DNA from: an uncultured delta proteobacterium
GTDB lineage: Bacteria; Desulfobacterota; Binatia; JACPRU01
Direction: 5' to 3'
DNA: 64,000 bases
Assembly: GCA_963745025.1 (NCBI GenBank)
Contig: CAVUWD010000011.1
Location: 352,001-416,000 of the forward strand
Below the pieces are notes generated by a model that was not told the DNA's origin, did not search any database, and saw only the letters and a program-made list of their open reading frames with translations. Position 1 is the first letter of the stretch; every line of letters starts with the position of its first letter. The position numbers and the translations under genes are program-made. Positions 1 to 10,801 of this stretch are shown piece by piece.

Positions 1-303
1 CAGGGGAATCGGGGCATCCCTTCCGGTGTCTACCGGATCACTCGCAAGCGCCTCTACTTGTACCACCGCTTCCTCGACAGGTACCGATTCCCCGGTGACC
101 CCGCCGCAGGCATCCCAAATCGCTTCTACAGCGAGACGACGATCATTCAGCTCGGATTCGTGGCCAGTCGCGAGATCCTTTCCGGCCTGCGCCTCGCCAT
201 TCAGCCCGCGCCGACCTACGGAAGGATCCGCGCGCATTACCCGGGAAACTACGATCTCAGCGGAGGAGTGGCGGGCATTTCCATTACCTATCGGCTGGAC
301 TAG
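1..303 (+). CDS. 3' end of a hypothetical protein, possibly an outer-membrane beta-barrel (truncated by window edge)
   Basis: Frame 1 is open from base 1 to TAG at 301-303; the C-terminus ...GGVAGISITYRLD has an alternating beta-strand pattern. Confidence 0.45.
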   Translation, partial: QGNRGIPSGVYRITRKRLYLYHRFLDRYRFPGDPAAGIPNRFYSETTIIQLGFVASREILSGLRLAIQPAPTYGRIRAHYPGNYDLSGGVAGISITYRLD

Positions 304-404
304 AGTCCGGCGGCGAGCCGCCAGGAGGCGCGCATGGCCGCGAGCATCATCTCCGGCAGCGCTCACGTCACCGAGCCGCCCGACGAGACAAAGAGGGGAC
401 CTTG

Positions 405-1097
405 ATGGAACCTGAAACAAGATTCCCCAACGACGCCACCTCACAGCTCCAGAATGTCATTCCGACTGCCATGGCGGTCTTGACCGACCCTAAGAGCTTC
501 TTCGCCTCGATGCCGAAGGAGGGCGGATTCGAGGCGCCCGGCATCTTCGCTCTCGCGATGCTCGTCCCCTACGCCGTGATTCCCGCACTGCTGTCGCTCC
601 TCCATCTCCACGCCGGAGGCTTCATCGCCTCGCTGATCGTCATGCCGGTCTTCGGCGCCATCGGACTCCTGGTCGGCGCAGCGATCGTTCTGTTCGTCTC
701 GCGGGCGCTCGGCGGCGAAGCGAGCTTCGAGTCGAGCTTCCGCATCGTCGCCTACTCAGCGGCGATCGCACCGATTCAGGCCGTTGCCCAGATCATCCCC
801 TACCTGCATATCCTGGTCAGTGCCTACGGCCTCTACCTGGCGATCGTGGCCGTGATCGCCGTCCATCGTGTGCCGGAGCAGAAGGCGTGGCGCGTGCTCG
901 GCGGAATCGCCGCGGTGCTGCTGGTATTTTGGTTCTTCGCAACCATGAGCGCGCGGCGGATGGCTTCGCAAATGGAGGCCATGAAGCCCCAGATGGACGA
1001 GTTGTCGCACCAGATGCAGAAGCAGGCCGAGGAAATGCAGAAGGCCGCCGAGAAGATGCAGCAAGAGATGCAGCACCAGGAACAGCAGAGCCGCTGA
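405..1097 (+). CDS. Yip1-domain membrane protein with C-terminal coiled coil
   Basis: VLTDPKSFFASMP motif, about 5 TM helices, FESSFRIVAYS, Q/E/M-rich heptad tail; AGAGGGG RBS before ATG 405. Confidence 0.8.
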   Translation: MEPETRFPNDATSQLQNVIPTAMAVLTDPKSFFASMPKEGGFEAPGIFALAMLVPYAVIPALLSLLHLHAGGFIASLIVMPVFGAIGLLVGAAIVLFVSRALGGEASFESSFRIVAYSAAIAPIQAVAQIIPYLHILVSAYGLYLAIVAVIAVHRVPEQKAWRVLGGIAAVLLVFWFFATMSARRMASQMEAMKPQMDELSHQMQKQAEEMQKAAEKMQQEMQHQEQQSR

Positions 1098-1318
1098 AAG
1101 CCCCCTTGCTGCCGGCGAGCGCCAAGGCCGGCAAGTTAACCGGATTTTCTGGCATCCCCGGTAGGTTGGCGTCCCTGTAAGAGACGCGGGTCTCGGTTCG
1201 CGGTTCCGAAGCCCGGGCTTCAGTGGCCGCTGAGGGTGCTCAGCGCCACCGGCCCCCAAGACTTGAGCTCACGCGCCCCGCACAACACAAAGCTTACCCG
1301 CGCGTCCGTCATCTCGGT

Positions 1319-2287
1319 TTACACTTTCTTGAGAAACTCCATGAGCAATCGATTCACCTCAGTGGGTCGTTCTTGTTGAATCCAATGCCCTGCGCCAGGA
1401 AGGATCACTTTCTTCGTTAAGTTTGGAATCGCCTGTTCCAGTCTCGCCACTGCATCCGGATACATAGTGAGGACCGCATCAACTTCACCAGCGACAAAAA
1501 GCGTCGGTTGCTGAATCTGTGCGCCGCACATCGGCGCCGAGAATTCCCACATACGATCGATGTTGCGATACCAATTGAGCCCACCTCGAAAACCGGAACG
1601 CGTGAACTCTTGCACGAAAAACTCTAAGTCCTGCTCTGTCAGCCACGAGGGAAGCACGGCCGGCACAGTCACGCTGTCCATTAGCGTTTCGGATTTCTTA
1701 AACAGAAAGCGCCAGCGCTGCGCCGGTGGTGGATCGCCGGAGGCCGAATACAGAAATGCGAGCAACGATTTGCGAATGTCTGTCTCGAATTCGGCTTCGG
1801 CCTTGCCGGGCTCTTGAAAGTACGACTGATAGAAATGGAATTGGTCGCCTTCGAGGTATTTCATTCCTACAGTTGGACGTGGATCCGTCCAGGACCGTTG
1901 CAAATACGGCACACTCAAGAGGCCGAGCACGCGGAATATATCCGGGCGCAACAGCGCACAATGCCAGGCCACCGGCGCACCCCAATCATGACCAACAATC
2001 ACTGCGTGTTCTTCTCCCAACGCATGAACGAGGCCGACGATGTCAGCGGTCAGCTTGAGAATGTGGTACTCCTCGATCGCCTCAGGCTTGTCGGTCTGAC
2101 CATACCCGCGTTGATCAGGAGCAACGACGTGATAGCCCGCCCCTGCAAGTGCTGGCAATTGATGCCGCCACGAGTACCAGGACTCCGGCCAGCCATGACA
2201 CAAGATCACGAGTGGCCCTTCGCCCTGTTCGGCGATATGCATGCGAATCCCGTTGGTGTCGAGAACACGATGGCGGATCGTATTCAT
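1319..2287 (-). CDS. Epoxide hydrolase, alpha/beta hydrolase fold
   Basis: HGWPE, PDQRGYG, GHDWGA nucleophile motif, GAGHWIQQE; GGAG before ATG 2287; visibly lower GC than flanks. Confidence 0.9.
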   Translation of the reverse strand: MNTIRHRVLDTNGIRMHIAEQGEGPLVILCHGWPESWYSWRHQLPALAGAGYHVVAPDQRGYGQTDKPEAIEEYHILKLTADIVGLVHALGEEHAVIVGHDWGAPVAWHCALLRPDIFRVLGLLSVPYLQRSWTDPRPTVGMKYLEGDQFHFYQSYFQEPGKAEAEFETDIRKSLLAFLYSASGDPPPAQRWRFLFKKSETLMDSVTVPAVLPSWLTEQDLEFFVQEFTRSGFRGGLNWYRNIDRMWEFSAPMCGAQIQQPTLFVAGEVDAVLTMYPDAVARLEQAIPNLTKKVILPGAGHWIQQERPTEVNRLLMEFLKKV

Positions 2288-2675
2288 GAGCCTTCCTCCG
2301 ATATGCAGTACTCGACCTAGCAGCCCGAGCGCGGCCCACCCGTGAACGCGAACCAACGGCCCTTGCCGCGAGCTCGGCGAGCCCATGCGAAGGACTCCTT
2401 CCTGTCGAGGATTGTGGGTGAGAATTCAGTCGGTTTTGTAGTGCTTCGGCTGCTCGAAAGCATAGGCCTCACTTCGGCTGCGGCCATACACCAGGCACAG
2501 CCGTCGCCAACTCGGGCCAGCCATGCACAAAAATGACAAGCGGTCCGTCTTCCGGTCCTGCTGCAAGATAAAAGGTCGTATGTCGCGCTGTCTTGATCGT
2601 GTGTTCGGTGATGGACATCTCAGGTTTCTTTCTCTTTCTGGGAGCGGGGTTTTCGTGCCTGTCGAGCGGCCGTCT

Positions 2676-4442
2676 TCAGAGTCGCCAGACGAATGGGATC
2701 ACCCCGATGGCGATCGCCCCGCAGAGCAGGTCGAGCGGCAGCCCGATCCGCACGAAGTCGGTATAGCGATACCCGCCTGGCCCGTAGACGATGAGGTGGG
2801 TCGTGTAGCCGAACGGGGTGGCGAACGCGCAGCTCGCGGCCACGGTGATCGCGATGACGAAGGCGCGGGGGTCGACGCCGAGGTCGCCCGCCGTCGCGAC
2901 CCCGATCGGGAACATCAGCGCCGCCGCCGCGTTGTGATTGATGACCTCGGTCAAGGCGACGGTCGCGAAGTAGATCACCGCGAGCGTTCCGATCTGGCCG
3001 AACGACGCCCTGGAAACGAGCGCGTGCGCGACTGCGGCCGCCGCGCCGGTCTTCTCGATCGCGCTCGCCAAGCCGATCGCGGCGGCGATCATGATCAGCA
3101 AGGGCCACTCGATCGCCGCCCGCGCCCTCGCCGCGGAGGTGCAGCGGGTGGCGATCAACACGCCCGCCGCGAGAAACGAAGCGATCGAAATCGGCAGCCA
3201 TTCCATCCAGACCACGAACACGAGGCAGCCGAGCACGCAGAGCGCGAGGCGTGCGCGATCGAAGCGCGGCGGCTCGGAGTCGGAGACCTCGCTCACGAGA
3301 TAGAAGTCGGGGCTATTGCGGTGGACTCGGACGAAGCCCGGCGCAGTCTGCATGAGCAGCGTGTCGCCTGGCTCGAGAACGACCTCGCCGATCTTGCCGC
3401 CCACGCGCACGCCGTTTCGGTGCACCGCGATCACCGCAGCGTCGTACACCGTGCGGAAGTTGGCGTCACGAATGCTCTGGCCGACGAGCGGCGAGGAGGG
3501 GGAGATCACCGCCTCGGTGAGCCGCCGATCAGGCCGAACCATCGAGGCGTCGTTGCCGTGACTGTCCGGCGCGAGGCCGCGCATTTTCTGCAGATCGACG
3601 ATGGTCTCGACCACGCCCACGAAGACGAGGCGGTCACCCTCGCGGATCACCTCGTCGGGTCCGACCGGCGTGATCACCCGAGCGGCCCTGTCGATCTCCA
3701 CCAGGAAAAGGCCGGGGAGATGGCGCAGGCCCCCCTCCTCGACCGCCTGGCCGATGAGCGGGCTTTTCGGCTCGACGATCATCGCAACGGTGTACTCTCG
3801 CCGATGCTCGCCGACCTCGTCGCTCGGGTCGCGCCGGTCGGGGAGCAGGCGTGACGCGAACAGCAACATGTACCCCAGCCCAGCCGCGCAGACCGGAAGC
3901 CCGACGGGAGCGAGCTCGAAGAAGCCCATGGGCCGCATGCCGCCCTTGATCATCAGGCCGTTCACCGTGAGGTTCGTGCTCGTGCCGATCAGCGTGATGA
4001 CCCCGCCGAGGATCGTCGCGTAGGAGAGCGGAATCAGGAACCGCGCCGGTGAGGAGCGGTTTCGCCGCGACCAGTCGATCACCACCGGCGTCATCATGGC
4101 GACGATCGTGGTGTTGTTGAGGAACGCGGATAGCGCCGCCACCGGAGTCATCATCCGCGCAAGGCCGGTGACCTCGCTGCGCGAACGGCCGAAGATTCGG
4201 CCGAAGAGCGCCTCCACGGCGCCCGTGTCGCGGAGAGCCGCCGAGAGGACGAGCAGCGCTCCGACCGTCGCCATCGACTGGTTCGAGAAGCCGGCGAAGG
4301 TCTCCGTCGGCGTGAGCACGCCCGCCGCCGCCAGCGTGAAGAGGCCGCCCATGAGCACGACGTCGGGCGAAGTGACCTCGCGGGCCATCGCGATGATCGT
4401 GGCGGCAAGCACCGCGAGCGTAAACCAACCCTGCCAGTCCAT
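2676..4442 (-). CDS. SLC13/CitMHS-family permease with two TrkA-C domains
   Basis: SAFLNNT, TLIGTSTNL, SPLIGQ/SPLVGQ TrkA-C repeats, FATPFGY..HLIVYGPGGY. Confidence 0.9.
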   Translation of the reverse strand: MDWQGWFTLAVLAATIIAMAREVTSPDVVLMGGLFTLAAAGVLTPTETFAGFSNQSMATVGALLVLSAALRDTGAVEALFGRIFGRSRSEVTGLARMMTPVAALSAFLNNTTIVAMMTPVVIDWSRRNRSSPARFLIPLSYATILGGVITLIGTSTNLTVNGLMIKGGMRPMGFFELAPVGLPVCAAGLGYMLLFASRLLPDRRDPSDEVGEHRREYTVAMIVEPKSPLIGQAVEEGGLRHLPGLFLVEIDRAARVITPVGPDEVIREGDRLVFVGVVETIVDLQKMRGLAPDSHGNDASMVRPDRRLTEAVISPSSPLVGQSIRDANFRTVYDAAVIAVHRNGVRVGGKIGEVVLEPGDTLLMQTAPGFVRVHRNSPDFYLVSEVSDSEPPRFDRARLALCVLGCLVFVVWMEWLPISIASFLAAGVLIATRCTSAARARAAIEWPLLIMIAAAIGLASAIEKTGAAAAVAHALVSRASFGQIGTLAVIYFATVALTEVINHNAAAALMFPIGVATAGDLGVDPRAFVIAITVAASCAFATPFGYTTHLIVYGPGGYRYTDFVRIGLPLDLLCGAIAIGVIPFVWRL

Positions 4443-4612
4443 GGTCCGGCTGGTATACCGAGAACGCTGGGCTGCGGCCACCTCGTCGCCGGATTGGGCT
4501 TGGGGGTGATCTCCCAGTCGCAAGCTGCGCGCGATGATCTATTCGGGGTGCCGTCCGCCCCGCGACCAGGTGCGCTCGCTCGCCGTCAGCCGCGGCACCC
4601 TCATGTTCCGCG

Positions 4613-5617
4613 TCATACGTGGTTCCGTAGCATCAACTCTCTTGGGTGAGGTTCGAGATACGTCTGTGCCTGCAAGTATGAAATCGCAAAGTGTCGCACG
4701 TAGTGCCGTACCAACGTGAGCGGTACCACCAGTGGCAGCATCCCGCGTCCGTAGTCTTCGATGAGCTCGGCGAGTTCGTGCCGTGCCGAGCTATCGAGCC
4801 GATCGGAGAAGTATCCGAGGATGTGCTGCAAGACGTTCACGTGCCGCTTGGGTGTCGCCATCACCTCGACGGCGCTCATGAACTGCGCCTCATAGGAAGC
4901 GCGCAGGTCCGGACGCGTCATCGCTTTCGCCCCGGCCACCAGGCGTCCCAGCTCGGCATACAGCCTTGGGGAGTGTGCCATGAGCTGCAGCTTGTGGGCG
5001 GTATGGAACGCGACAACATTGCCGATCGTCCAGCGGCCGCGAAACAGCGAGCGCAGGCGGCGATAGGCGAATACCCGCCCGACGAAGTTCTCGCGCAGGC
5101 GCGGGTCACTCAGGCGGCCCTCTTCCTCCACCGGGAGGTGGGGGAAGGCCTGCAGCAGTGCCTCGGCGAACAGGCCGCGGCCGCTTGCGACCGGACCGCT
5201 GCGTCCGTAGATTTTCACGCGTTCCATACCGCAGCTGGGGGAGCTTTTCTTGAGCACGTAGCCGCACAGATCGTGTGCGCGGAGCGCGGCAACGCGCCGC
5301 GCGGCGTAGTTTCGCATCGTGTCGGTGTGATCGATGCCGGTCTTGGTGGTCACCAGCCGCACCTGATCCTCGATACGGCGCAAGTGCATCGATTCCCGTG
5401 GCACGCCGAGACCGGCCTCGACTTCAGGACAGACGGCTACCCATTCGACGTAGCGGCCAAAGGTATCGACCAAGAAAGGGTCGCGCTTGTGCCCGCCGTC
5501 GAAGCGCACGTGTTCGCCGAGCAAGCAGGTCGAGACACCGATGCGAATCGGCGAATCCGACGGGCTGGCTGCGCCCGCGCGCTGTGCGACGCGCTGCGAT
5601 CCTTCACCCGCGCTCAC
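4613..5617 (-). CDS. DUF523 (2-thiouracil desulfurase-like Fe-S domain) plus DUF1722 (YbgA) protein
   Basis: STCLLGEHVRFDGGHK, VCPEVEAGLGVPRE, KSSPSCG, EEEGRL, C-terminal YLEPHPRELMLRNHV. Confidence 0.9.
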   Translation of the reverse strand: MSAGEGSQRVAQRAGAASPSDSPIRIGVSTCLLGEHVRFDGGHKRDPFLVDTFGRYVEWVAVCPEVEAGLGVPRESMHLRRIEDQVRLVTTKTGIDHTDTMRNYAARRVAALRAHDLCGYVLKKSSPSCGMERVKIYGRSGPVASGRGLFAEALLQAFPHLPVEEEGRLSDPRLRENFVGRVFAYRRLRSLFRGRWTIGNVVAFHTAHKLQLMAHSPRLYAELGRLVAGAKAMTRPDLRASYEAQFMSAVEVMATPKRHVNVLQHILGYFSDRLDSSARHELAELIEDYGRGMLPLVVPLTLVRHYVRHFAISYLQAQTYLEPHPRELMLRNHV

Positions 5618-5897
5618 GGGGTGCCCTCCTCACCAATCACTTTCATGCGCATAATGTGATCGGCACTGTCCAACTTCCCCGCAGGGTTCCGGGCCCGGGT
5701 GAGCGGCGACCTCGCGCCTGGATCAAGACCATGGAGTTTGTGCTCGCGGCGCGCGACGTGCGGATCGCGCGTGATCCGATCGGCATCGTCGGCGATCGGA
5801 ATCACCGGGCTCGCGCCTCCCAGGGGGCCTCGTCGAGATCAAGGTGATCGCGCGCCGGGAAGTTGAAGCCGGGCGACCTCGAAGGCGGCTCAAGGGC

Positions 5898-6098
5898 TCA
5901 GCGATGCCGCGGCGGCGCCTCGATCGTGTCGCCGCAGGTCGAGCCGCATTGCGGGCAGACGTACTCGTACTTGTCGCCGTTCGGCAGAACGAGGAGCAGG
6001 CGTTTCCGCACCGGCACGGCCGTCCGACATTTCGGGCAGGCGAGTAGCGTAGCATTCATCCGCTCGAAGGACGCCCGCGGGACTCGCTCAGTCGGCAT
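5898..6098 (-). CDS. Small zinc-ribbon protein
   Basis: CPKC...CPQC pair in 66 aa. Confidence 0.65.
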   Translation of the reverse strand: MPTERVPRASFERMNATLLACPKCRTAVPVRKRLLLVLPNGDKYEYVCPQCGSTCGDTIEAPPRHR

Positions 6099-6217
6099 GC
6101 CCGCAAATTAGTATAGACTTTGCCTTGCGCGCAACGTCCACGACTCCACGGCATGCCCGGACTCTTGCATTGGCCGATCAGGACCTCCAAAGTGAAAGCA
6201 ACGGATCGGAGGCAATC

Positions 6218-6676
6218 ATGGCAGATGCGAAGGTCCCTGCGGGTATGCCCGGCTGGATTCAGAATCACGTGCGGCAATATCTCGAGAGCGGGGGCACAGA
6301 AGGGCACATGTGGGACTCCTCGGTCGTGGGCGGACCGGGCCCACTGCCGACGCTCCTCCTCACGACGACCGGTCGTAAATCGGGCACGAAACAGCTCGTG
6401 CCTCTCATCTACGGCAAGACCGAAGGGGGGGTCGTCGTGATCGCATCCAAGGGAGGAGCGCCCGAGCACCCCGGCTGGTATCGCAACCTCACCGCCAACT
6501 CGGAAGTCGAGGTGCAAGTGGGGACGGAGCGGTTTCGAGCCAAGGCATCGACCGTCGAAGGCCCGGAGCGAGCGAAGCTCTGGGACCAGATGGTTGGCAT
6601 CTACCCGCCCTATACCGCGTACCAGAAGAAGACCGAGCGGAAGATTCCCGTAGTGGCGCTGAGGCGGGTCGAGTAG
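6218..6676 (+). CDS. Deazaflavin (F420)-dependent nitroreductase family (DDN) oxidoreductase
   Basis: LLLTTTGRKSG, IASKGGAPEHPGWYRNL, YQKKTERKIPVV; GGAGG RBS. Confidence 0.9.
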   Translation: MADAKVPAGMPGWIQNHVRQYLESGGTEGHMWDSSVVGGPGPLPTLLLTTTGRKSGTKQLVPLIYGKTEGGVVVIASKGGAPEHPGWYRNLTANSEVEVQVGTERFRAKASTVEGPERAKLWDQMVGIYPPYTAYQKKTERKIPVVALRRVE

Positions 6677-6851
6677 GGGCGACTCGAGGTCAGGCGGTAG
6701 CGCGGCCTGTGCGGGCGCCAGGTCGAGGTGCAGATACGGCGTTCGGCAGCCCATCGTTCGTGCCGTCGCGACTGGTTCTCAAATCGGTGGTCGCCATGCG
6801 CGCGTCTGGCGCTGCCCGACTGACGTGACGGACAGAAGGAAGGGGGACGTC

Positions 6852-8291
6852 GTGCCTGAACTTGCCTATGTTTCCGCCGTCGATCTTGCAAACAAAATTC
6901 GCCAACGAGAAGTTTCCAGCACAGAAGCGCTAGAGTATTTCCTCGCGCGTGTCGCCACGCTCGACAAAACCATCAATAGCGTTGTCACCATCGACGCCGA
7001 CCGGGCGCGCGCTGAAGCAACTGCGGCCGACGAAGCCTTGGCACGAAGCGAAGTGCGCGGACCGTTGCACGGCGTACCGATGACCGTCAAAGATTCGTTT
7101 CAGACCGCGGGGATGCGTACGACGTCGGGCGCACCGGAACTAGTGAACTTCGTGCCACAAGAAGACGCTTGGCCGGTTGCGCGTTTACGCGAAGCCGGGG
7201 CCGTCATTTTTGGCAAGACCAATCTGCCGATCTACGCCGGCGACCTACAAAGTTACAACGAGATTTTTGGGACGACGAACAATCCTTATGACGTGACGCG
7301 CACGCCAGGCGGCTCGTCCGGCGGTTCCGCGGCTGCGCTTGCATGTGGGTTTACTCCACTGGAACTCGGCAGTGATATCGGTGGTTCCATTCGCCTGCCG
7401 TGTCATATGTCGGGCGTTGTCGGGCACAAACCCAGTTATGGCATCGTGCCGGCCCACGGGCAGATCCCTGGGCCGCCCGGGACTTTGACCTTGGCTGACC
7501 TTGCAGTCGTCGGACCGATGGCCCGGACTGTCGAGGACCTCGAACTGGGACTCAAGATCATGGCCGGTCCGAATCGGTGGGAAAAGCCGGCCTGGCGCTT
7601 GGAGCTGCCTCCTCCCCGTCGGGAGACACTCAAGCAATACCGCATTGCCGCCTGGTTTGACGATCCACGATGTCGTGTCGAGCCGGAGATCAGGACTCTG
7701 CTGGAGAATGCGGCGCGCGCACTCGCGAACGTAGGAGTGCGGCTTGATGCGGAGGCGCGCCCAGAGTTTTCTCTGGAGAAGGTTGCCGATACTTTCTTCG
7801 CGCTTTTGCAGGCGGCTCTGGCTGGTGGAACGTCTCGAGACCGCATCGAAGCATACGCCGCTTCGACTGGCGATACTCCTCTTGCGACCACGCGTCGCCT
7901 GCTCGCCATGCGACACCGCGAGTGGCTCAGCTATAACGAACGACGCCTCCAGCTGCGAAAATGCTGGGAAGCGTTCTTTCAGCAGTGGGACATCATCCTG
8001 TTGCCGGTCATGCCCTGCGCTGCTGTTTTTCACGACCATTCAGAGCCGCAATCAGCGCGACTCGCGTGGGTAGGGGGTGAGCGACGCCCGTATTGGGACC
8101 TGACGACCTGGATGGCCCCCGCAGGTGCTTGTTACTTGCCTGCGACCGTAGTGCCGGTCGGGTGTCTGAGCAATGGATTGCCAGTCGGCATTCAAATCGT
8201 CGGACCCTATTTGCACGATCGCACGACGCTGGATGTGGCCAGACATCTTCTCGCTATTGTCGGCGGCTGTCCTCGGCCTGCCGGGTTCTAA
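6852..8291 (+). CDS. Amidase-signature family amidase
   Basis: GVPMTVKD, PGGSSGGSAAA, GSDIGGSIRLP (Ser-cisSer-Lys triad). Confidence 0.93.
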   Translation: MPELAYVSAVDLANKIRQREVSSTEALEYFLARVATLDKTINSVVTIDADRARAEATAADEALARSEVRGPLHGVPMTVKDSFQTAGMRTTSGAPELVNFVPQEDAWPVARLREAGAVIFGKTNLPIYAGDLQSYNEIFGTTNNPYDVTRTPGGSSGGSAAALACGFTPLELGSDIGGSIRLPCHMSGVVGHKPSYGIVPAHGQIPGPPGTLTLADLAVVGPMARTVEDLELGLKIMAGPNRWEKPAWRLELPPPRRETLKQYRIAAWFDDPRCRVEPEIRTLLENAARALANVGVRLDAEARPEFSLEKVADTFFALLQAALAGGTSRDRIEAYAASTGDTPLATTRRLLAMRHREWLSYNERRLQLRKCWEAFFQQWDIILLPVMPCAAVFHDHSEPQSARLAWVGGERRPYWDLTTWMAPAGACYLPATVVPVGCLSNGLPVGIQIVGPYLHDRTTLDVARHLLAIVGGCPRPAGF

Positions 8292-8396
8292 CTTCGATCC
8301 GAAATTATTCTGCGACGTGAACGTGGGCGGGCTCGCGCCTGGCTTGTCCGCCGCGCGCTAGTGGAGACGCGCGCGAGGTTCGGCTAGAACACCGGC

Positions 8397-9518
8397 GTGT
8401 TGTCGCGGATCGCCCTCGTGGCATTGAGCGTAGTGACGAGCTTGCTGGTCCTCGAGCTCGGCGTCCGCATCGTCGCCGCCTTCGACACGAACTACTTTGA
8501 TGAGATTGTCGCGCGGCAAGCGCCCACCGCCGGCCGAGAGCTCACGCTCGCCGATTTGCTCCGCCCGAGCGCCGACGACTTGATCGTCTACGGGTTGAGG
8601 CCGGGTGCGCAGGGCCGCTTCCTCGGCCAGCCCATCGCGATCAACTCGCTCGGGATGCGCGACGGCGAGAGAGCGCTCGAGAGACGGTCGGGGACCTTCC
8701 GCATCGTCGGCCTCGGTGATTCCCACATGTTCGGTTGGGGCGTGCGGGGAGACGAGACCTTTCTTGCGCTGTTGGAAAAGCGCCTGGCTCAACACTTTGC
8801 GGGCCGGAGCTTCGAAGCCTGGAACTTGGCCGTGCCCGGCTACAACAGCGTGCAGGAGGTCGAGACGTTTGCGACGAAGGCGCCGGCGATCGGGCCCGAC
8901 TTGGTCGTCGTCAATTGGGTGGGCAACGACATGGATCTCCCGAACTTCCTCGCGAAGCGGCCCGAGGTTTACAGCCTGCGGAGATCGTTTCTGCTCGAGC
9001 TGATACGTGGCCGTGCGCGGGTCTGGCAGGGGAAGTCCGTGAAGTCCTCGGCGGCGCTGGTTCCGGTGGAGTACGACGAGCACACGAGACGATTCAACCC
9101 GAAGGTGGAGGAGGTTCCCGAGCGCTATCGTCCTCTCCTTGGCACGGAGAACATGATGCGGGCCTTGGATCGATTGGCAGAGCTAGCCCGCGAGTATCGG
9201 ATTCCCCCGGTCATCCTGTTCGATTGGAACTCTCCGCAGGCGGATCCTGCAAAGGCGGAGAGTCACGACCCGTCGCGAATGGCCGTCAAGCAGAGGTGTG
9301 CCGCGCAGGGTTATCTGGTCGTCGACACGGAAGATCGGGTGCTCCGGTACTTGAAGGACCACCACCTCGACGCGAGCGCGCTGCATGTTTCTGATTCGGA
9401 TCCTCATCCGAGCGTGCTTCGCCACCGATTGATCGCCGAGGAGCTGTTCGAGTCGCTCGTCGGTTCGGGACTGATCGAGCGCCCGGCACCGGCGAGCTCT
9501 CCTCGCGCGGGCGAATGA
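8397..9518 (+). CDS. Membrane-anchored SGNH/GDSL hydrolase
   Basis: N-terminal TM, INSLGMRD, LGDSHMFG, GND, D.HPS. Confidence 0.85.
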   Translation: MLSRIALVALSVVTSLLVLELGVRIVAAFDTNYFDEIVARQAPTAGRELTLADLLRPSADDLIVYGLRPGAQGRFLGQPIAINSLGMRDGERALERRSGTFRIVGLGDSHMFGWGVRGDETFLALLEKRLAQHFAGRSFEAWNLAVPGYNSVQEVETFATKAPAIGPDLVVVNWVGNDMDLPNFLAKRPEVYSLRRSFLLELIRGRARVWQGKSVKSSAALVPVEYDEHTRRFNPKVEEVPERYRPLLGTENMMRALDRLAELAREYRIPPVILFDWNSPQADPAKAESHDPSRMAVKQRCAAQGYLVVDTEDRVLRYLKDHHLDASALHVSDSDPHPSVLRHRLIAEELFESLVGSGLIERPAPASSPRAGE

Positions 9519-9655
9519 GCTCGGTCGGGGAACTCCTCGGGGTGGAGCGCACGCCGTGCGACGAGACCACTCGGGTGATGCGCGCATCTGCTCGCTCGTT
9601 GACGGGCAGTGCCGTTCCACGTTGAAATCGGGTCAACGAGGTGAGAGGAGAACGC

Positions 9656-10801
9656 ATGCCACAGCAAGCCATGGGACTCCAGTTGCGCTCGACCGTCAAG
9701 AAAGAAGGCATCGTCGAGCTCTCGCTCACGAGTGTGCCGATCCCCGAGCCGAAGCCCGACGAGGTGGTGGTCCGCGTCGACGCGTCTCCGATCAACCCCT
9801 CAGATGTGGGGCTGATGTTCGGCGGCGCCGACCTGTCCACGGCGAAAGCCTCCGGCACCCCCGACAATCCGGTCGTGACGGCGAGCATCCCACCGGCAAT
9901 GATGAGGGCCATGGCCGGACGCGTGGACCAGTCGTTGCCGGCCGGCAACGAAGGCGCGGGCGTGGTGGCGCGTGCCGGTTCCTCCGACGAAGCCCGGGCG
10001 CTGATGGGCAAGACCGTGGCGATTCTCGGCGGCGCCATGTACGCGCAGTTCCGCTGCATCAAGGCCGGCCAGTGCCTCGTCTTGCCGCAGGGCACCACGC
10101 CGGCGGAGGGCGCCTCCTGCTTCGTGAACCCGCTCACCGCACTCGGCATGGTCGCGACCATGCGTGTGGAAAACCATTCGGCGCTCGTGCACACGGCGGC
10201 GGCCTCGAACCTAGGCCAGATGCTGAACAAGATCTGCATCAAGGACGGCATCGGACTGGTGAATATCGTGCGCAGACAGGAGCACGTGGACCTTCTCAAG
10301 GCCATCGGAGCCAAACACGTGGTGGACTCCAGCACCCCGACGTTCATGAACGATCTCACGGAGGCCCTCGTCGCCACCGGCGCGACATTGGCGTTCGACG
10401 CCACTGGCGGCGGCAAGCTGGCGAGTCAGATCCTTTCGTGCATGGAGGCGGCCGCGAACCGGACGGCCAAGGAATACAGCCGCTACGGGTCCACGACGCA
10501 CAAACAGGTGTACATCTACGGCGGCTTGGACCGCGGTCCGACAGAGCTCACCCGCAACTTCGGCATGGCGTGGGGCGTCGGCGGCTGGTTGCTCACCCCG
10601 TTCCTGCAGAAGGTCGGTCCCGAAGCTGCACGGAAGCTGCGAGAGCGAGTGGCCGCCGAGATCAAAACGACCTTCGCCAGTCACTACACCAAGGAGGTTT
10701 CGCTCGCGGAGGCGCTGCGATTGGAGGAGATCGCCATCTACGGCAAGCAAGCCACCGGCCAGAAGTACCTGATCAATCCGAACAAGGGGCTCGCTCACTG
10801 A
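9656..10801 (+). CDS. MDR-family (quinone/enoyl reductase-like) NAD(P)H oxidoreductase
   Basis: ASPINPSD, GNEGAG, FVNPLTA, HTAAASNLG, FDATGGG. Confidence 0.85.
   Translation: MPQQAMGLQLRSTVKKEGIVELSLTSVPIPEPKPDEVVVRVDASPINPSDVGLMFGGADLSTAKASGTPDNPVVTASIPPAMMRAMAGRVDQSLPAGNEGAGVVARAGSSDEARALMGKTVAILGGAMYAQFRCIKAGQCLVLPQGTTPAEGASCFVNPLTALGMVATMRVENHSALVHTAAASNLGQMLNKICIKDGIGLVNIVRRQEHVDLLKAIGAKHVVDSSTPTFMNDLTEALVATGATLAFDATGGGKLASQILSCMEAAANRTAKEYSRYGSTTHKQVYIYGGLDRGPTELTRNFGMAWGVGGWLLTPFLQKVGPEAARKLRERVAAEIKTTFASHYTKEVSLAEALRLEEIAIYGKQATGQKYLINPNKGLAH

Noticed and set aside
2523-3854. Long antisense ORFs (this one and many similar, e.g. 12159-13517, 16729-18126, 60581-62092)
   Set aside because: Arg/Gly/Ala-rich shadow ORFs opposite well-supported genes, expected in high-GC DNA
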